From: Calditrichia bacterium
GTDB lineage: Bacteria > Calditrichota > Calditrichia > JAJRVZ01
DNA length: 64,000 bases
Assembly: GCA_963796965.1 (NCBI GenBank)
Contig: CAWCNS010000007.1
Span: forward strand, 544,001-608,000
Direction: 5' to 3'
The notes under the pieces are model-generated. The model was not told the origin of the DNA, did no database searches, and was given only the letters and a program-made list of their open reading frames with translations. The first letter of the stretch is position 1, and each line of letters starts with the position of its first letter. The position numbers and the translations under genes were made by a program. Positions 1-10,538 of the stretch are shown piece after piece.

Positions 1-405
1 GCGGGAAACTATGTACCACCCGTGGCAATCTCCTATTGGACGTTTCGAATCATGATAGGGACTGGTTTTCTGATGCTCTTAATACTGCTTTTCACATTTG
101 TATCCGTCATAAAAAATAAATTTGAATTCAAACCACTCTTTTTAAAATCACTGATCTGGGCAATATCATTACCAATTATAGCCAGTGCGACCGGATGGAT
201 ATTTACTGAGGTAGCGCGTCAACCTTGGATAGTCTTCGGTGTCTTACAAACAAAAGATTCGGTTTCCCCAACTGTCTCAGCCGGTGAAGTGCTCTTTTCA
301 TTAATTGCCTTTACTGCAGTCTATAGCATTTTAACCTGGGTAGAATTTACGCTACTAAAAAAATACGCTATTGCCGGAACTGAATCTTTGGATGAGAAAG
401 AATAG
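1..405 (+). CDS. cydA: Cytochrome bd ubiquinol oxidase subunit I, C-terminal part (5' end outside window)
   Basis: GWIFTEVARQPW resembles the conserved E-x-G-R-Q-P-W motif; lies directly upstream of cydB. Confidence 0.92.
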   Translation, partial: AGNYVPPVAISYWTFRIMIGTGFLMLLILLFTFVSVIKNKFEFKPLFLKSLIWAISLPIIASATGWIFTEVARQPWIVFGVLQTKDSVSPTVSAGEVLFSLIAFTAVYSILTWVEFTLLKKYAIAGTESLDEKE

Positions 406-416
406 GAGGCAAAAGA

Positions 417-1430
417 ATGGATCTTAATATACTTTGGTTTATCTTAATCAGTGTTTTATTTATCGGATTTTTCTTCCTTGAAGGTTTTGACTATGGGGTT
501 GGTATCCTCCTCCCCTTTATGTCAAAGGAGGATAAAAAACGACGGGTAGTCATCAATACGATTGGAACATTCTGGGATGGGAATGAGGTGTGGCTTTTGA
601 CGGCTGGTGGAGCAATGTTTGCAGCCTTTCCACATTGGTACGCGACGATGTTCAGCGGGTTTTATCTGGCATTGGTATTGATGCTTGTGGCGTTGATACT
701 GCGTGGCGTTGCTTTTGAGTTTCGTAGTAAAAAAGAAAGTCCACGCTGGCGTAATACATGGGACTGGTTATTGTTTACCGGCAGTTTCATACCCGCACTT
801 CTCTGGGGAGTGGCTATTTCTAATCTGATATATGGTGTGCCAATAGATGAAAATATGAATTATATTGGAAGTTTTTTTGATCTGCTTCATCCCTATGCAC
901 TTCTTGGCGGATTAGCAACCCTTTCACTTTTTACCCTTCACGGTGCTATTTTTATTAATCTCAAGACCACAAATGATCTCCGTGAAAAATCGAAACAATT
1001 TGCATTAAAGTTATGGCTTCCAACAGTTATATTGGTTTTTGCCTTTGTTATATATGGCTATTTTGCAACCGATATGTTCACCCGTCTGGGAATAAATCCC
1101 GGAATAGCACCACTGTTGGCAGGGGCTGCTCTATTGATAAGTGGTTGGTTTGTCAAACAAAATCGAAGCGGATGGGCTTTTATCATGACCGGATTAACAA
1201 TCGCCCTTTCCACAATTACGATTTTTGTTGGTTTATATCCCAGAGTAATGGTTTCAAGCCTCAATGAAGCCTGGAGTTTAACAATTTATTCAGCCTCGTC
1301 AACCAACTACACATTAACCGTAATGAGTATCGTCGCCCTGATTTTTATACCAATCGTTCTCGCTTATCAGGGCTGGACCTATTGGGTCTTTCGGAAGCGG
1401 ATTTCGGTTGATTCTGAACTGGAATATTGA
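417..1430 (+). CDS. cydB: Cytochrome bd ubiquinol oxidase subunit II
   Basis: LEGFDYGVG, WDGNEVWL, LRGVAFEFR, YQGWTYWVF motifs; GGAGG RBS. Confidence 0.95.
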   Translation: MDLNILWFILISVLFIGFFFLEGFDYGVGILLPFMSKEDKKRRVVINTIGTFWDGNEVWLLTAGGAMFAAFPHWYATMFSGFYLALVLMLVALILRGVAFEFRSKKESPRWRNTWDWLLFTGSFIPALLWGVAISNLIYGVPIDENMNYIGSFFDLLHPYALLGGLATLSLFTLHGAIFINLKTTNDLREKSKQFALKLWLPTVILVFAFVIYGYFATDMFTRLGINPGIAPLLAGAALLISGWFVKQNRSGWAFIMTGLTIALSTITIFVGLYPRVMVSSLNEAWSLTIYSASSTNYTLTVMSIVALIFIPIVLAYQGWTYWVFRKRISVDSELEY

Positions 1431-1558
1431 TTAAGCATAAAGGAAAATGTAAATAATCTCTCAGAACGGTATAAACAATTATTAATATTAAATTGTATTG
1501 TCTTAACCAGATGTTAACAAAATAATAATCATTATTAATTATAAATCTGATATGAGGG

Positions 1559-1639
1559 GTCATTCTCCCGAATCAAATTCGGGATTTCGGAATCTCATAA
1601 TAATCAATTGCTTAGATCCTGAAACAAGTTCAGGATGAC
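1559..1639. repeat. REP-like palindromic element (GTCATTC...GGAATCT / AGATCCTGAAACAAGTTCAGGATGAC)
   Basis: Imperfect inverted ends GTCAT...ATGAC with internal hairpins; related sequence at 42165-42311. Confidence 0.6.
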
Positions 1640-1786
1640 ATAAAGGTTAATACAATATATGTCCATATTTTAAGCTGATAATCGGCAAACACCAAGTCAG
1701 AATATGACAATTAAATTTATACCTTTTACCCTTTTCCTTTTAAGTTATAACCATCTCTGTGGTTTATTAATTTGTCAGGATAGAAA

Positions 1787-3511
1787 TTGAATCTGGATAA
1801 GAATTTACTCGCCTTACTCAAAACAACAAAAGCCCCCTTCTCTCTTACCATACTATTCGCTCTGCTTGCTGCAGTGATGATAATTTTCCAGGCAGATACT
1901 CTAAGTTATGTTTTAAATGATGTATTTATTGAAGACAAGGATATTCATCAGGTTAGTTCGTTAATTGTTTTTTTTGCCCTCTATAGTATTCTTCGCTCGG
2001 CATTCAGTTGGTTACAACATCATCAGGCAAACAAAGTTGCCGGCCGGATCAAGCAACATTTACGTGTAAAACTTGCCAGTAAAATTGTGAGACTAGGGCC
2101 TGTTTTTACGCGCTCAGAAGAAAGCGGCGAAATAAGCAACACCCTGATAGCCGGCATTGATTCACTTGATGCCTATTTTAGTCAATATCTTCCTCAGGTT
2201 TTAATCTCAGCATTAATTCCGTTGACAATCCTGCTGTTTGTATTTCCCATCGATCTCTTATCAGGTATTGTCTTCCTAGTGACGGCACCCCTGGTACCAC
2301 TTTTTATGTATCTGATCGGTAATATGGCTGATAGGTTGACAAAAAAGCAGTGGAAAAAGATGGGACGAATGAGCGCATTCTTCTTGGATGTATTTCAGGG
2401 TTTGCTGACGCTTAAAATTTTTAGCAGAAGTAAAGACTATCTTCATAAAATTATAAAAGTGAGTGAGGAATATCGCCAAAGCACAATGAAAGTGTTGCGG
2501 ATTGCTTTTCTTTCTGCCCTGGTACTTGAACTCGTAGCGGCCCTAAGCACTGCCATTATTGCCGTGGAAGTGGGATTTCGGCTTCTATACACTCAATTGG
2601 CTTTCAGGGAAGCCATTTTTATTCTCATCCTGGCGCCCGAATTTTACCAGACCTTACGACAACTGGGCACGAGGTTCCACGCTGGCATGGAGGGAACAGC
2701 TGCCGCAGAAAGAATTTTTAAATTGTTACATCTGCCAGAAACAAATGAGAGAACATTCAAAAAACGACAGGAAAACGTAAGTGGCAAATCTATCATTTTT
2801 AGAAATGTTAGCTATACCTATCCTGATACCACCCACAAGGCCCTGCAGAAGGTAAATCTTGTTATCGAACCGGATAAAAAAATAGCACTCGTAGGGCCTA
2901 AGGGTTCCGGGAAATCCACTCTGACCTATCTGTTGTTAAGATTTATGTCGCCTGATTCAGGGAATATTTTAATTTCAGATGTACCACTAAATACCGTTGA
3001 TCCGGCATTCTGGCGAGCACAGATTAGCTGGGTATCTCAAAATCCATTTCTTTTCCACCGCTCTGTCATAGAAAATATAAGAATTGCCAATCCATCAGCA
3101 ACAGATAGACAGGTAGAGCAAGCCTGTAAAAAAGCCCATATCCATAATTATATTATATCTTTACCAGATGGATATAAGACCTTACTTGGTGAACACGCCA
3201 GTCGTTTTAGCGGTGGAGAAGCACAACGCATCACCTTAGCCCGTGCATTTGTAAAGGATGCACCGATTTTGATTCTTGATGAGCCAACTGCCAATCTGGA
3301 TCCCGGAATTGAGTACAAAATAACTGAGGCTATCGAAGAATTGTCCAGAAACCGGATGGTTTTGACAATTGCCCATAAATTAAATACCGTGAAAAAATCT
3401 GATGAAATTATTGTTTTATCAGGAGGTGAGGTTGTGGAAACCGGTTCACATCAATCGTTGATGGCGGAAGAAAAGATTTATCAAACGATGGTTCAGGCGA
3501 GGGGTCTGTAA
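1787..3511 (+). CDS. cydD: Thiol reductant/heme ABC exporter subunit CydD
   Basis: YFSQYLPQ, LAPEFY..LR.LG.RFH, Walker A GPKGSGKS, FSGGEAQR, ILDEPTA; position after cydB. Confidence 0.93.
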   Translation: MNLDKNLLALLKTTKAPFSLTILFALLAAVMIIFQADTLSYVLNDVFIEDKDIHQVSSLIVFFALYSILRSAFSWLQHHQANKVAGRIKQHLRVKLASKIVRLGPVFTRSEESGEISNTLIAGIDSLDAYFSQYLPQVLISALIPLTILLFVFPIDLLSGIVFLVTAPLVPLFMYLIGNMADRLTKKQWKKMGRMSAFFLDVFQGLLTLKIFSRSKDYLHKIIKVSEEYRQSTMKVLRIAFLSALVLELVAALSTAIIAVEVGFRLLYTQLAFREAIFILILAPEFYQTLRQLGTRFHAGMEGTAAAERIFKLLHLPETNERTFKKRQENVSGKSIIFRNVSYTYPDTTHKALQKVNLVIEPDKKIALVGPKGSGKSTLTYLLLRFMSPDSGNILISDVPLNTVDPAFWRAQISWVSQNPFLFHRSVIENIRIANPSATDRQVEQACKKAHIHNYIISLPDGYKTLLGEHASRFSGGEAQRITLARAFVKDAPILILDEPTANLDPGIEYKITEAIEELSRNRMVLTIAHKLNTVKKSDEIIVLSGGEVVETGSHQSLMAEEKIYQTMVQARGL

Positions 3512-3514
3512 AAT

Positions 3515-5251
3515 ATGAAAAGTACCCTTGTGCAGTTGCTAAAAATTTCTCGGGAATTCAAATGGTGGATGATATTGGCTGCATTTCTGGGCTTTTTTAC
3601 TATTGGCAGTTCGATAGGACTTATAATGACAGCATCCTATATTATCGCAAAAGCAGCATTACACCCATCAATCGCGGAATTACAGGTGAGTATTGTCGGT
3701 GTTCGTTTTTTTGGAATTATGAGAGGTGTTTTTCGGTATTTCGAGCGTGTAATTTCTCATGAAGTTACCTTCCGGATGTTAACACGCTTTAGAGCCTGGT
3801 TTTATGAGTCTATTGAACCCCTCGTACCATTTGGCATGATGAAATTCAGATCTGCAGATTTACTTACCCGTCTGCTAACCGACGTTCAAAATCTTGAATA
3901 TATATATCTGCGTATCCTCGCTCCCCCACTTATCGCTGTTATGACCTCAATAGTCACCTTTTTTCTATACGGACTATTTTCCTGGAATGCAGCAATTATT
4001 CTGATTATCGGTCTTTCCTTTGCGGGAATTGGCATACCCTTATTATCTGCCAAAATGCGAAAAGGACTTGGGAAGCGAATTGTAATATTGAGATCAGAAT
4101 TAAATGTTTGTATGATTGATGGCATCCAGGGTTTAGCTGATCTTCTGGTATTTAACCAGGCAGATGAGCACTTCGCCTCCTTCAAGGCAAAAAGTAAAGA
4201 TTATGAAGGCCTCCAGCGTAAAATGGTGCTGATTGAATCTTTCCAGAATGCACTTAGTGTCCTGATATTAAATTTTACTATGGTTGGAACATTAATAATT
4301 CTGATACCCGGCGTATCATCCGGCGAACTTGACGGTGTTTATTTGACCGTCCTTGTTCTGGGTGTTATCGCTATCTTCGAGGCTGTTCAACCAATACCTG
4401 AAGCTATCCAGAAGATTGAAAAAAGTATGGCCTCAGCAGACCGCTTGTTTGAGACAATCGCATTAAGGGAGCAAATAAAGCAACCTCCGCTGCATTACTC
4501 CTTACCGGAAAAATTCAACATACGGCTGGAAGGTTTGTCATTCGGATATGATAAGAGTGAACGGCAGATCCTGACGGATATTAATCTAAATCTTTCACCC
4601 GGTCGAAAAGTTGCCATTGTGGGTCCCAGTGGTAGCGGAAAATCCACAATTGTAAATTTAATGTTAAATTTGTGGCCTTCTAAACAGGGTATAATAATTT
4701 ATGGTGATAAGGAGATCAGAGAATATGGCAGGGATCAAATCATGGAAAAACTTGCCGTATTACAACAGAATGTTTATTTGTTTTCAACAACAGTAAGAGA
4801 AAATTTACTATTATCCAACCCCGACTCAGATGAATCAGGACTCAACAAAATAATAGAGAAAATAGGGTTACGTGCCAAGATTGATAACTTACCCGATAAA
4901 TTAGAAACCTGGGTAGGTGAGATGGGATACCGTTTTAGTGGCGGTGAGCGACAACAGATAGCATTAGTCCGTACCTTGCTTAAAAATGCCCCGGTCATGA
5001 TATTAGACGAGCCTACAGCAAATCTGGATTCAATTACAGCAAAGGAGGTAATGCAGACAATTCACTCATTGAGTAAGGATAAAACCCTGCTCTTGATTAC
5101 GCATCGTCTTACTGGTCTGGAAAATATGGATGAAATAATCGTACTGATTGATGGGGGGATTATTGAGCGTGGTACCCACTTCGATTTAATGGCTAAAAGA
5201 GGATATTACCAACAAATGATACAACTTCAGAAGGATTGTTTTATTGATTAA
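3515..5251 (+). CDS. cydC: Thiol reductant/heme ABC exporter subunit CydC
   Basis: VRFFGI.RG.FRY.ER..SH motif, GPSGSGKS, FSGGERQ, ILDEPTA. Confidence 0.93.
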   Translation: MKSTLVQLLKISREFKWWMILAAFLGFFTIGSSIGLIMTASYIIAKAALHPSIAELQVSIVGVRFFGIMRGVFRYFERVISHEVTFRMLTRFRAWFYESIEPLVPFGMMKFRSADLLTRLLTDVQNLEYIYLRILAPPLIAVMTSIVTFFLYGLFSWNAAIILIIGLSFAGIGIPLLSAKMRKGLGKRIVILRSELNVCMIDGIQGLADLLVFNQADEHFASFKAKSKDYEGLQRKMVLIESFQNALSVLILNFTMVGTLIILIPGVSSGELDGVYLTVLVLGVIAIFEAVQPIPEAIQKIEKSMASADRLFETIALREQIKQPPLHYSLPEKFNIRLEGLSFGYDKSERQILTDINLNLSPGRKVAIVGPSGSGKSTIVNLMLNLWPSKQGIIIYGDKEIREYGRDQIMEKLAVLQQNVYLFSTTVRENLLLSNPDSDESGLNKIIEKIGLRAKIDNLPDKLETWVGEMGYRFSGGERQQIALVRTLLKNAPVMILDEPTANLDSITAKEVMQTIHSLSKDKTLLLITHRLTGLENMDEIIVLIDGGIIERGTHFDLMAKRGYYQQMIQLQKDCFID

Positions 5252-5337
5252 CCTGGAAAATTTATCCCCCAGCAATGACGTTAAGGATCTTATCCACGAA
5301 TTATCCAGATAAATAAATTTTCAAAACTAAAGGAGTT

Positions 5338-6709
5338 ATGATGAAAGCACGGAAAATTTATCCCGTTTATTTCTTAAGCATTTTTTTCTCTATTTCATTA
5401 TTTGCCGGTGAAGATCATTCAGACTTTTTTGAAGACACCTTAAAAACCCCTCAGGAGGTAACACGTGCCTGTCTTGACTGTCATGAAGATGCCGCTAAAG
5501 AAGTTATGTCCACTATCCATTGGACCTGGGAGACGTTACCTAAACCAGTTCCCGGACACAAAGACAGTCTCAGTCTTGGTAAAAAAAATGTTTTTAATAA
5601 TTTTTGTATTGCAGTCGAATCAAATTGGCCCCGCTGCACCAGTTGCCACGCCGGATATGGATGGAAAGATGCTTCTTACGATTTTGGAAAAGAGGAAAAT
5701 ATTGATTGCCTGGTTTGCCATGATCAGAGCGGGACGTATAAAAAGTCTCCTGCCGGCGCGGGAATGCCCGCAAAGGGAGTGGATCTGATGGATGTTGCAC
5801 GTAGCGTCAGTGCACCGACACGTGCAAATTGCGGAATCTGTCATTTTTATGGCGGGGGTGGCGAAAATGTGAAACACGGTGATCTTGACCAGGGATTGGT
5901 GAATCCGTCTGTTGATTACGATGTTCATATGGGGAGTGGAATGACCTGTCAGGACTGCCACACAACAGAACAACATAATATTAAAGGCCAGTCTATGGCA
6001 ATTCTGACCGATGAAGTAAACCGTGTAGAATGCACCGATTGCCATGAGCCCCCGGTTCATGAGAAGAAAAGACTCAATGACCACAGTGAAAAGATTGCCT
6101 GCCAGATCTGTCATATTCCTGTATTCGCCAAAACAAAGACCCACAAAAATTTACTGGGACTGGTCCACTGCCGGTGTTGATAAAAAATCTGCGAAGGATA
6201 AATATGGGATGGATACTTATAGTAAGAAAAAAGGGACATTTGTTTGGGGCAAGGAAGTCCAGCCTGAATACTATTGGTATAACGGAAGATCGGAACGTTA
6301 TATCAAAGGAGATAAACTAAATCCTGATACCCTATTATCTCTGAACAAACCCTCAGGAGACCGTACTGAGAAAAATACAAAATTATATCCTTTTAAGGTT
6401 ATGCGTGGAAAACAGATATATGATACCGGATATAACTATTTAATCATTCCCCAGTTATGGGGCGGTTATTGGAAATATTTTGACTGGAATCAGGCTGCCA
6501 TAGATGGGATGGAGGCAGCAGGCCTGGAATATAGTGGTAATTATGGCTGGATTGAAACAGAGATGTACTGGAAATTAAACCATATGGTCAGCCCCAAAGA
6601 AAAAGCGTTAAAGTGCAAAGATTGTCATGGAAAAGGTAATGACAATCGAATTGATTGGATAAAACTCGGTTATAAAGGTGATCAGCAACTTAAAAAATAT
6701 CGGGATTAA
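5338..6709 (+). CDS. Octaheme c-type cytochrome, tetrathionate reductase (Otr) family; split by a frameshift near 6140
   Basis: Signal peptide; 8 CxxCH motifs across the two frames (CLDCH, CTSCH, CLVCH, CGICH, CQDCH, CTDCH, CQICH, CKDCH); NNFC, WDWSTAG and NHMV.PK motifs. Confidence 0.85.
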
Positions 6710-6908
6710 TATAAGAGTGTGTGTACTATTTTATTAAAATATTACTCATTCAATAAAAAAATTCTTTAAAACTGACTATCCCCGATGCCTATCGTGGTAT
6801 TTCGCTAGTTTTATTTCGACACAAATGTCGAAAAACGGAATTTCATTTATTTAGCATATTTGCACAGCCCGCCAAGAGAATTTTAAATAACTCGACTTAA
6901 TAATCAAT

Positions 6909-6963
6909 TTGCATAATGAACTTATGTTCATTATATTAAAACAACTATTTGAACATATGTTCA
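6909..6963 (+). promoter_or_regulatory. Sigma70-type promoter (TTGCAT-17 bp-TATATT) with two TGAACWTATGTTCA palindromic operators
   Basis: Palindromes at 6913-6934 (ATAATGAACTTATGTTCATTAT) and 6950-6963 (TGAACATATGTTCA); -35 at 6909-6914, -10 at 6932-6937. Confidence 0.7.
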
Positions 6964-6978
6964 TATTGAGGAGAATAT

Positions 6979-7662
6979 ATGCGGGAACCATATCGCAAAA
7001 GACGCATTCATCAACCCCCTGGTTTTAAAAACTTTAAGCCAAGTGGAATTCCCCGGAATAGGTTAAAAACAGTGACGCTTACCATAGATGAACACGAAGC
7101 CATCCGTCTCGCTGATTATGAGGGCATGGAACATTTGCAGGCATCTGAAAGAATGGCCATTTCACGGCCAACCTTTACAAGGTTGATTGAAAAAGCACGA
7201 AACAAATTAGCCAGGGCGATTGTAGATGGGATGGAACTTGTGGTTGAAGGTGGGAACATAGAATTTCAGAATACGCTTCGACGCTGTAGAGAATGCGGTG
7301 ATGAACAACTAAGTCCATCTGATCTTAATATTGAAGATTGCCCGGAATGCGGTTCGGATGATGTTGAAGATATGGCCAATAAATTTTTTGATCAGGAAAA
7401 CCTTCATAGAAAAAATAAGGAGAATTTAGAAAACATGAATGCCTTTAAAAAAAGCAGCACCCCCGGAGAGGGGCAGGGATTGGGCCGCGGTGGTGGCCGT
7501 GGACGTAACAAAGGAGGGGCATTTGGCACCGGTGGTTTTTGTGTCTGTGCAAAATGTGGTAAAAAAGTGCCCCATCAGCAAGGGGTAAAATGTACATCGG
7601 TAGAATGTCCCAGTTGCGGACATGCGATGGTGAGAGAAGAATTACTCAATAAGAGTAAATGA
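6979..7662 (+). CDS. DUF134 HTH DNA-binding protein with C-terminal CxxC/zinc-ribbon and Gly-rich extensions
   Basis: FKPSG, EAIRLAD.EG, M.ISRPTF.R....AR.K.A.A.V.G signature; CRECG, CPECG, CVCAKCG, CPSCG. Confidence 0.85.
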   Translation: MREPYRKRRIHQPPGFKNFKPSGIPRNRLKTVTLTIDEHEAIRLADYEGMEHLQASERMAISRPTFTRLIEKARNKLARAIVDGMELVVEGGNIEFQNTLRRCRECGDEQLSPSDLNIEDCPECGSDDVEDMANKFFDQENLHRKNKENLENMNAFKKSSTPGEGQGLGRGGGRGRNKGGAFGTGGFCVCAKCGKKVPHQQGVKCTSVECPSCGHAMVREELLNKSK

Positions 7663-8127
7663 CGCAATTTACTGCACATCTAAAAATGAATATTAAACAG
7701 CTAGAGGGTATTGAATACCATCACAAAATTGTTAGTGATAAAATTTCTATGAAAAATGATAAAGATATGAAACCACATAGAACTCAGAGAAATACTCTGA
7801 GAACTCTTAAAGAGTATTCAATTAGAAATATTACTCAGATGATAGTTTTTAACAAGTATTCATATTGCTTAGTTTTTGCCATGCCTACGGGTAGTGAACT
7901 ATGACTTAGTTTAGTACTAATCTTATATTTGAATGCTTTAGAGTAGAAATAGTGAAAGTTATAAAATGAGAGGCCACGGAGAGGGAGAACAGATTAAACT
8001 CGTTTAAGTCAATAAATATTAAATATTTACTCTGTGCGCTCTGCCTGCCCCGTAAAGTCTGACGGAGTCAGATTAGTACGGGGTGGTTATATTTTACTTT
8101 ACCCGAAAATTAAACAGGAGAAAATGT

Positions 8128-8466
8128 ATGAAAAAAGTATTTGCCGTACCTATGGAAGGCGGAAAACTATGTGCTCATTTTGGTCATTGTGAAAAATTCG
8201 CTATCGTAGAAACAGAGGACAACAAGGTAACAAAAGAAGAATTTATTAGCCCACCGGTCCATCAACCCGGTGTCTACCCGAAGTTTCTGGCAAAACAGGG
8301 TGTCCATGTCATCATATCCGGCGGTATGGGACAGCGAGCATTAGATCTTTTTGCTCAAAATAACATCGAGGTATGCATGGGTGTAAATGCTGAGGCGCCT
8401 TCAAAACTTGTTGAGCTCTATTTAGACAGCCAGCTAAAAACGGGCGAGAATCTCTGCGATCATTAA
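8128..8466 (+). CDS. NifB/NifX family (FeMo-cofactor-binding-like) protein
   Basis: HFGHCEKF, GGMG.RA, C-terminal N.CDH; AGGAG RBS before ATG 8128. Confidence 0.85.
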   Translation: MKKVFAVPMEGGKLCAHFGHCEKFAIVETEDNKVTKEEFISPPVHQPGVYPKFLAKQGVHVIISGGMGQRALDLFAQNNIEVCMGVNAEAPSKLVELYLDSQLKTGENLCDH

Positions 8467-8477
8467 ACAGGAATAAA

Positions 8478-9333
8478 ATGAAAATTGCCATTGCCAGTGG
8501 GAAAGGCGGGACAGGTAAAACGACACTATCGACCAACTTGGCTACTTATCTTGCCGTTAACAATGAAGTCGTTTTAGCAGATCTGGATGTGGAAGAACCG
8601 AACTCTGGATTATTTATCAAAGGCCAACCCATTCATAAAGAAGATAAATTTACAATGGTCCCTGAATGGAAAAGTGAATGTTCATTATGTGGATTATGCC
8701 AGGAAGTGTGTAATTTTCACGCTGTATTACAATTGGGCACGCAAATCATGGTTTTTCCGGAACTATGTCATCAGCTGTTATGCCTGTTCGGAGTTATGTC
8801 CCGATTCCGCCCTGCCCATGGTTCCTCAAAAGATGGGCGAGTTAAAACATTTTCAAAACAACAAATTATCTTTTGTGGAAAGCCGGCTGGATATCGGGCA
8901 GGAACAGGCAGTACCCTTAATTTCACAGACGAACAGGTATATTGAGGCCCACTTTCCCAACGGGTTTATAAAAATATATGATTCACCACCGGGAACCTCC
9001 TGCCCTGTCATTGAAGCAGTAAAGGATTCTGATTTCGTCATTCTGATAACCGAACCGACGCCCTTTGGTTTACATGATTTGAAACTGGCAGTTGATACGA
9101 TCAGAGAATTAAATAAGAAGTTCGGTGTCGTTATTAACCGGTTTGGCATCGGAAATGATGAGGTGCTTAATTATTGTCAAGAGGAAAAAATTCCTCTTCT
9201 TGCCAAAATTCCCAATGACCGCCGTATTGCTGAACTCTATTCTCGCGGGGAGTTGATTTACGATAAAATTCCGGAAGTAAAAAAGCAACTAGAGCATATT
9301 AAGAATTATCTCTTTGAATTGCAGAAGTATTAA
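8478..9333 (+). CDS. MinD-superfamily P-loop ATPase with inserted 4Fe-4S ferredoxin; frameshift near 8770
   Basis: SGKGGTGKT, DLDVEEPN, CxxCxxCxxxC, DSPPGTSCP, TEPTPFGLHDL across the two frames. Confidence 0.85.
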
Positions 9334-9361
9334 AAGTTATATAAAAACAAGGGAAAAAATG

Positions 9362-9446
9362 AACCACCGAAAACACCGAGTCCACCGAATAAAAAATATA
9401 ATAAATTATAATAAATTTTCGGTGTATTTCGGTGCCTTCGGTGGTT
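9362..9446. repeat. Palindromic intergenic element, CACCGA/TCGGTG arm type
   Basis: AACCACCGA..CACCGA..CACCGAA arm facing TTCGGTG..TTCGGTG..TTCGGTGGTT arm. Confidence 0.8.
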
Positions 9447-9510
9447 ACACAAAAAGCAGCATAATTAGTATTTTTTTACCACAGCGCGATGGGCAGATGG
9501 GAGGAGTTAA

Positions 9511-10383
9511 ATGAAAGAGATTGTTGTTATTTCCGGTAAGGGTGGCACGGGAAAAACCTCCATAACTGCCGCGTTCTCTTATTTGGGAGGACGGGATATT
9601 ATTGTTGCGGATTGTGATGTGGATGCCGCCGATATGCATCTGCTTATGCAACCCGATTTTAATAAATCTGAAGATTTTTACAGCGGTATGTTGGCTAAAA
9701 TAAATCCTGATAAATGCACAAATTGTGGTGCTTGTGCAGAAGTGTGCCGCTTTGACGCTATAGCTGTTATAAATGACCAGTACATCGTTGAATCGCTAGA
9801 TTGTGAAGGATGCGGCTATTGCCCGAGAGTTTGTCCGGCAGATGCTATTACGATGGATGACCAGAATGTTGGCAAGTGGTATATTTCTACAATCAAAACA
9901 GGAAGTTCAATGGTACATGCCCGCCTTGGCATTGGTGCCGAGAATTCGGGCAAACTGGTCGCCAAAGTAAAAAATGAAGCCAAGCGTATAGCCAATGAAA
10001 ATAGTAGAGATATTATTTTAGTGGATGGTTCGCCGGGCATTGGATGCCCAGTCGTCTCTTCCCTTTCAGGTGCTCATTTTGTTGTTTTGGTTACCGAACC
10101 AACCCTATCTGGTCTGCACGATTTAAAACGGGTTTATCAGCTCGTTAAAAAATTCAGAATACAAGCTGGCTGCATTATAAATAAATCCGATCTGAACCTA
10201 CAGGTTACATCTCAAATTGAGAGTTATCTTAAGGAGGAGAATATTACCCATATTTCCAATCTACCCTATGATGAAACCTTTACAAAATCAATGGTCAATG
10301 GCCAGACCATTATTGAATACAATGACAGCAATTTAACACCCCTCCTGACTGAAAGTTGGGAGAAAATTAAAAAATTATATTAG
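9511..10383 (+). CDS. Second MinD-superfamily P-loop ATPase with inserted ferredoxin
   Basis: SGKGGTGKT, DCDVDAAD, two CxxCxxCxxxC motifs, ENSGKLV, DGSPGIGCP. Confidence 0.9.
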   Translation: MKEIVVISGKGGTGKTSITAAFSYLGGRDIIVADCDVDAADMHLLMQPDFNKSEDFYSGMLAKINPDKCTNCGACAEVCRFDAIAVINDQYIVESLDCEGCGYCPRVCPADAITMDDQNVGKWYISTIKTGSSMVHARLGIGAENSGKLVAKVKNEAKRIANENSRDIILVDGSPGIGCPVVSSLSGAHFVVLVTEPTLSGLHDLKRVYQLVKKFRIQAGCIINKSDLNLQVTSQIESYLKEENITHISNLPYDETFTKSMVNGQTIIEYNDSNLTPLLTESWEKIKKLY

Positions 10384-10428
10384 CGGGTCTATTCATTGCA
10401 CAGCAAGGGCCTGCAAACAAAAAAAGAA

Positions 10429-10510
10429 GTCCACGTTTACGCTGATTATCACAGATTAAACTAAAATAATTATTAAATCTAATCCTTGAAAATTCTTGCA
10501 ATCCGTGGAC
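10429..10510. repeat. Palindromic intergenic element (GTCCACG..ACGCTGATT..CACAGATT / AATC..AATCCGTGGAC)
   Basis: Terminal inverted repeat GTCCACG/CGTGGAC with internal short repeats. Confidence 0.65.
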
Positions 10511-10538
10511 AAAAGTTTTTAACAGAAGGAATACAGTC

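Noticed and set aside
6044..6180. Programmed ribosomal frameshifting in the octaheme gene or other split genes
   Set aside because: No consistent slippery site with a stimulatory structure; the window-wide indel rate explains the breaks more simply
7659..7904. 81-aa ORF
   Set aside because: Overlaps a degenerate repeat arm (ACCACATAGAACTCAGAG) and AT-rich filler; no recognisable motif
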